Assembly (NCBI GenBank): GCA_032718475.1
Contig: JAUCBJ010008744.1
Coordinates: forward strand, 1 to 64,000
Direction of reading: 5' to 3'
Source of the DNA: Nemertoderma westbladi
Taxonomy: Eukaryota > Animalia > Xenacoelomorpha
Length of the DNA stretch: 64,000 nt
Part shown: positions 63,475 to 64,000 of the stretch, piece after piece
Numbering within the stretch: position 1 is the first letter of the stretch
Layout: each line of letters starts with the position of its first letter
Translations under genes and position numbers: made by a program
Notes under the pieces: generated by a model
The model's input: the letters and a program-made list of their open reading frames with translations, nothing else
What the model was told of the DNA's origin: nothing
The model's database searches: none

Positions 63475-64000
63475 ACTTATATCGGTGTATACGAGTTGTG
63501 GTGTGAACTTATATCGGTGTATACGAGTTGTGGTGTGAACTTATATCGGTGTATACGAGTTGTGGTGTGAACTTATATCGGTGTATACGAGTTGTGGTGT
63601 GAACTTATATCGGTGTATACGAGTTGTGATGTGAACTTATATCGGTGTATACGAGTTGTGGTGTGAACTTATATCGGTGTATACGAGTTGTGGTGTGAAC
63701 TTATATCGGTGTATACGAGTTGTGGTGTGAACTTATATCGGTGTATACGAGTTGTGGTGTGAACTTATATCGGTGTATACGAGTTGTGGTGTGAACTTAT
63801 ATCGGTGTATACGAGTTGTGGTGTGAACTTATATCGGTGTATACGAGTTGTGGTGTGAACTTATATCGGTGTATACGAGTTGTGGTGTGAACTTATATCG
63901 GTGTATACGAGTTGTGGTGTGAACTTATATCGGTGTATACGAGTTGTGGTGTGAACTTATATCGGTGTATACGAGTTGTGGTGTGAACTTATATCGGTGT
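63475..64000. repeat. 32-bp satellite (AACTTATATCGGTGTATACGAGTTGTGGTGTG), almost invariant, runs off the window end
   Basis: Period 32; only one variant seen (~63629). Confidence 0.95.

Noticed and set aside
63475-64000. 32-bp repeat of CRISPR-repeat length, or a telomeric repeat
   Set aside because: Head-to-tail with no spacers; not a known telomere motif, and the array end is not visible.

Overview
Repeat-rich animal genomic DNA, probably from a marine invertebrate; it is not prokaryotic. Three host genes are visible. (1) A PDE7-like cAMP phosphodiesterase on the - strand: its N-terminus and catalytic domain sit in one exon (36168-34699), spliced in frame across a 19.4-kb intron to a Pro/Ser/Arg-rich C-terminal exon (15301-14543). 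(2) An intronless Golgi carbohydrate sulfotransferase (52016-50838). (3) A small secreted protein with three LDLa modules (62623-63123). The PDE7 intron is almost entirely one 41-bp satellite (~450 units) with multi-kb higher-order duplications. Its last ~640 bp, next to the 5' splice site, are inverted, so the pre-mRNA could fold back and juxtapose the two splice sites. The rest of the window holds retroelements (L2-type LINE, RTEX-like LINE, four RTE 3' fragments, a Ty3/gypsy internal region, a Penelope GIY-YIG relic, a tRNA-derived SINE), MITEs/hairpins, at least nine different tandem-repeat families and many long poly-G/C tracts.
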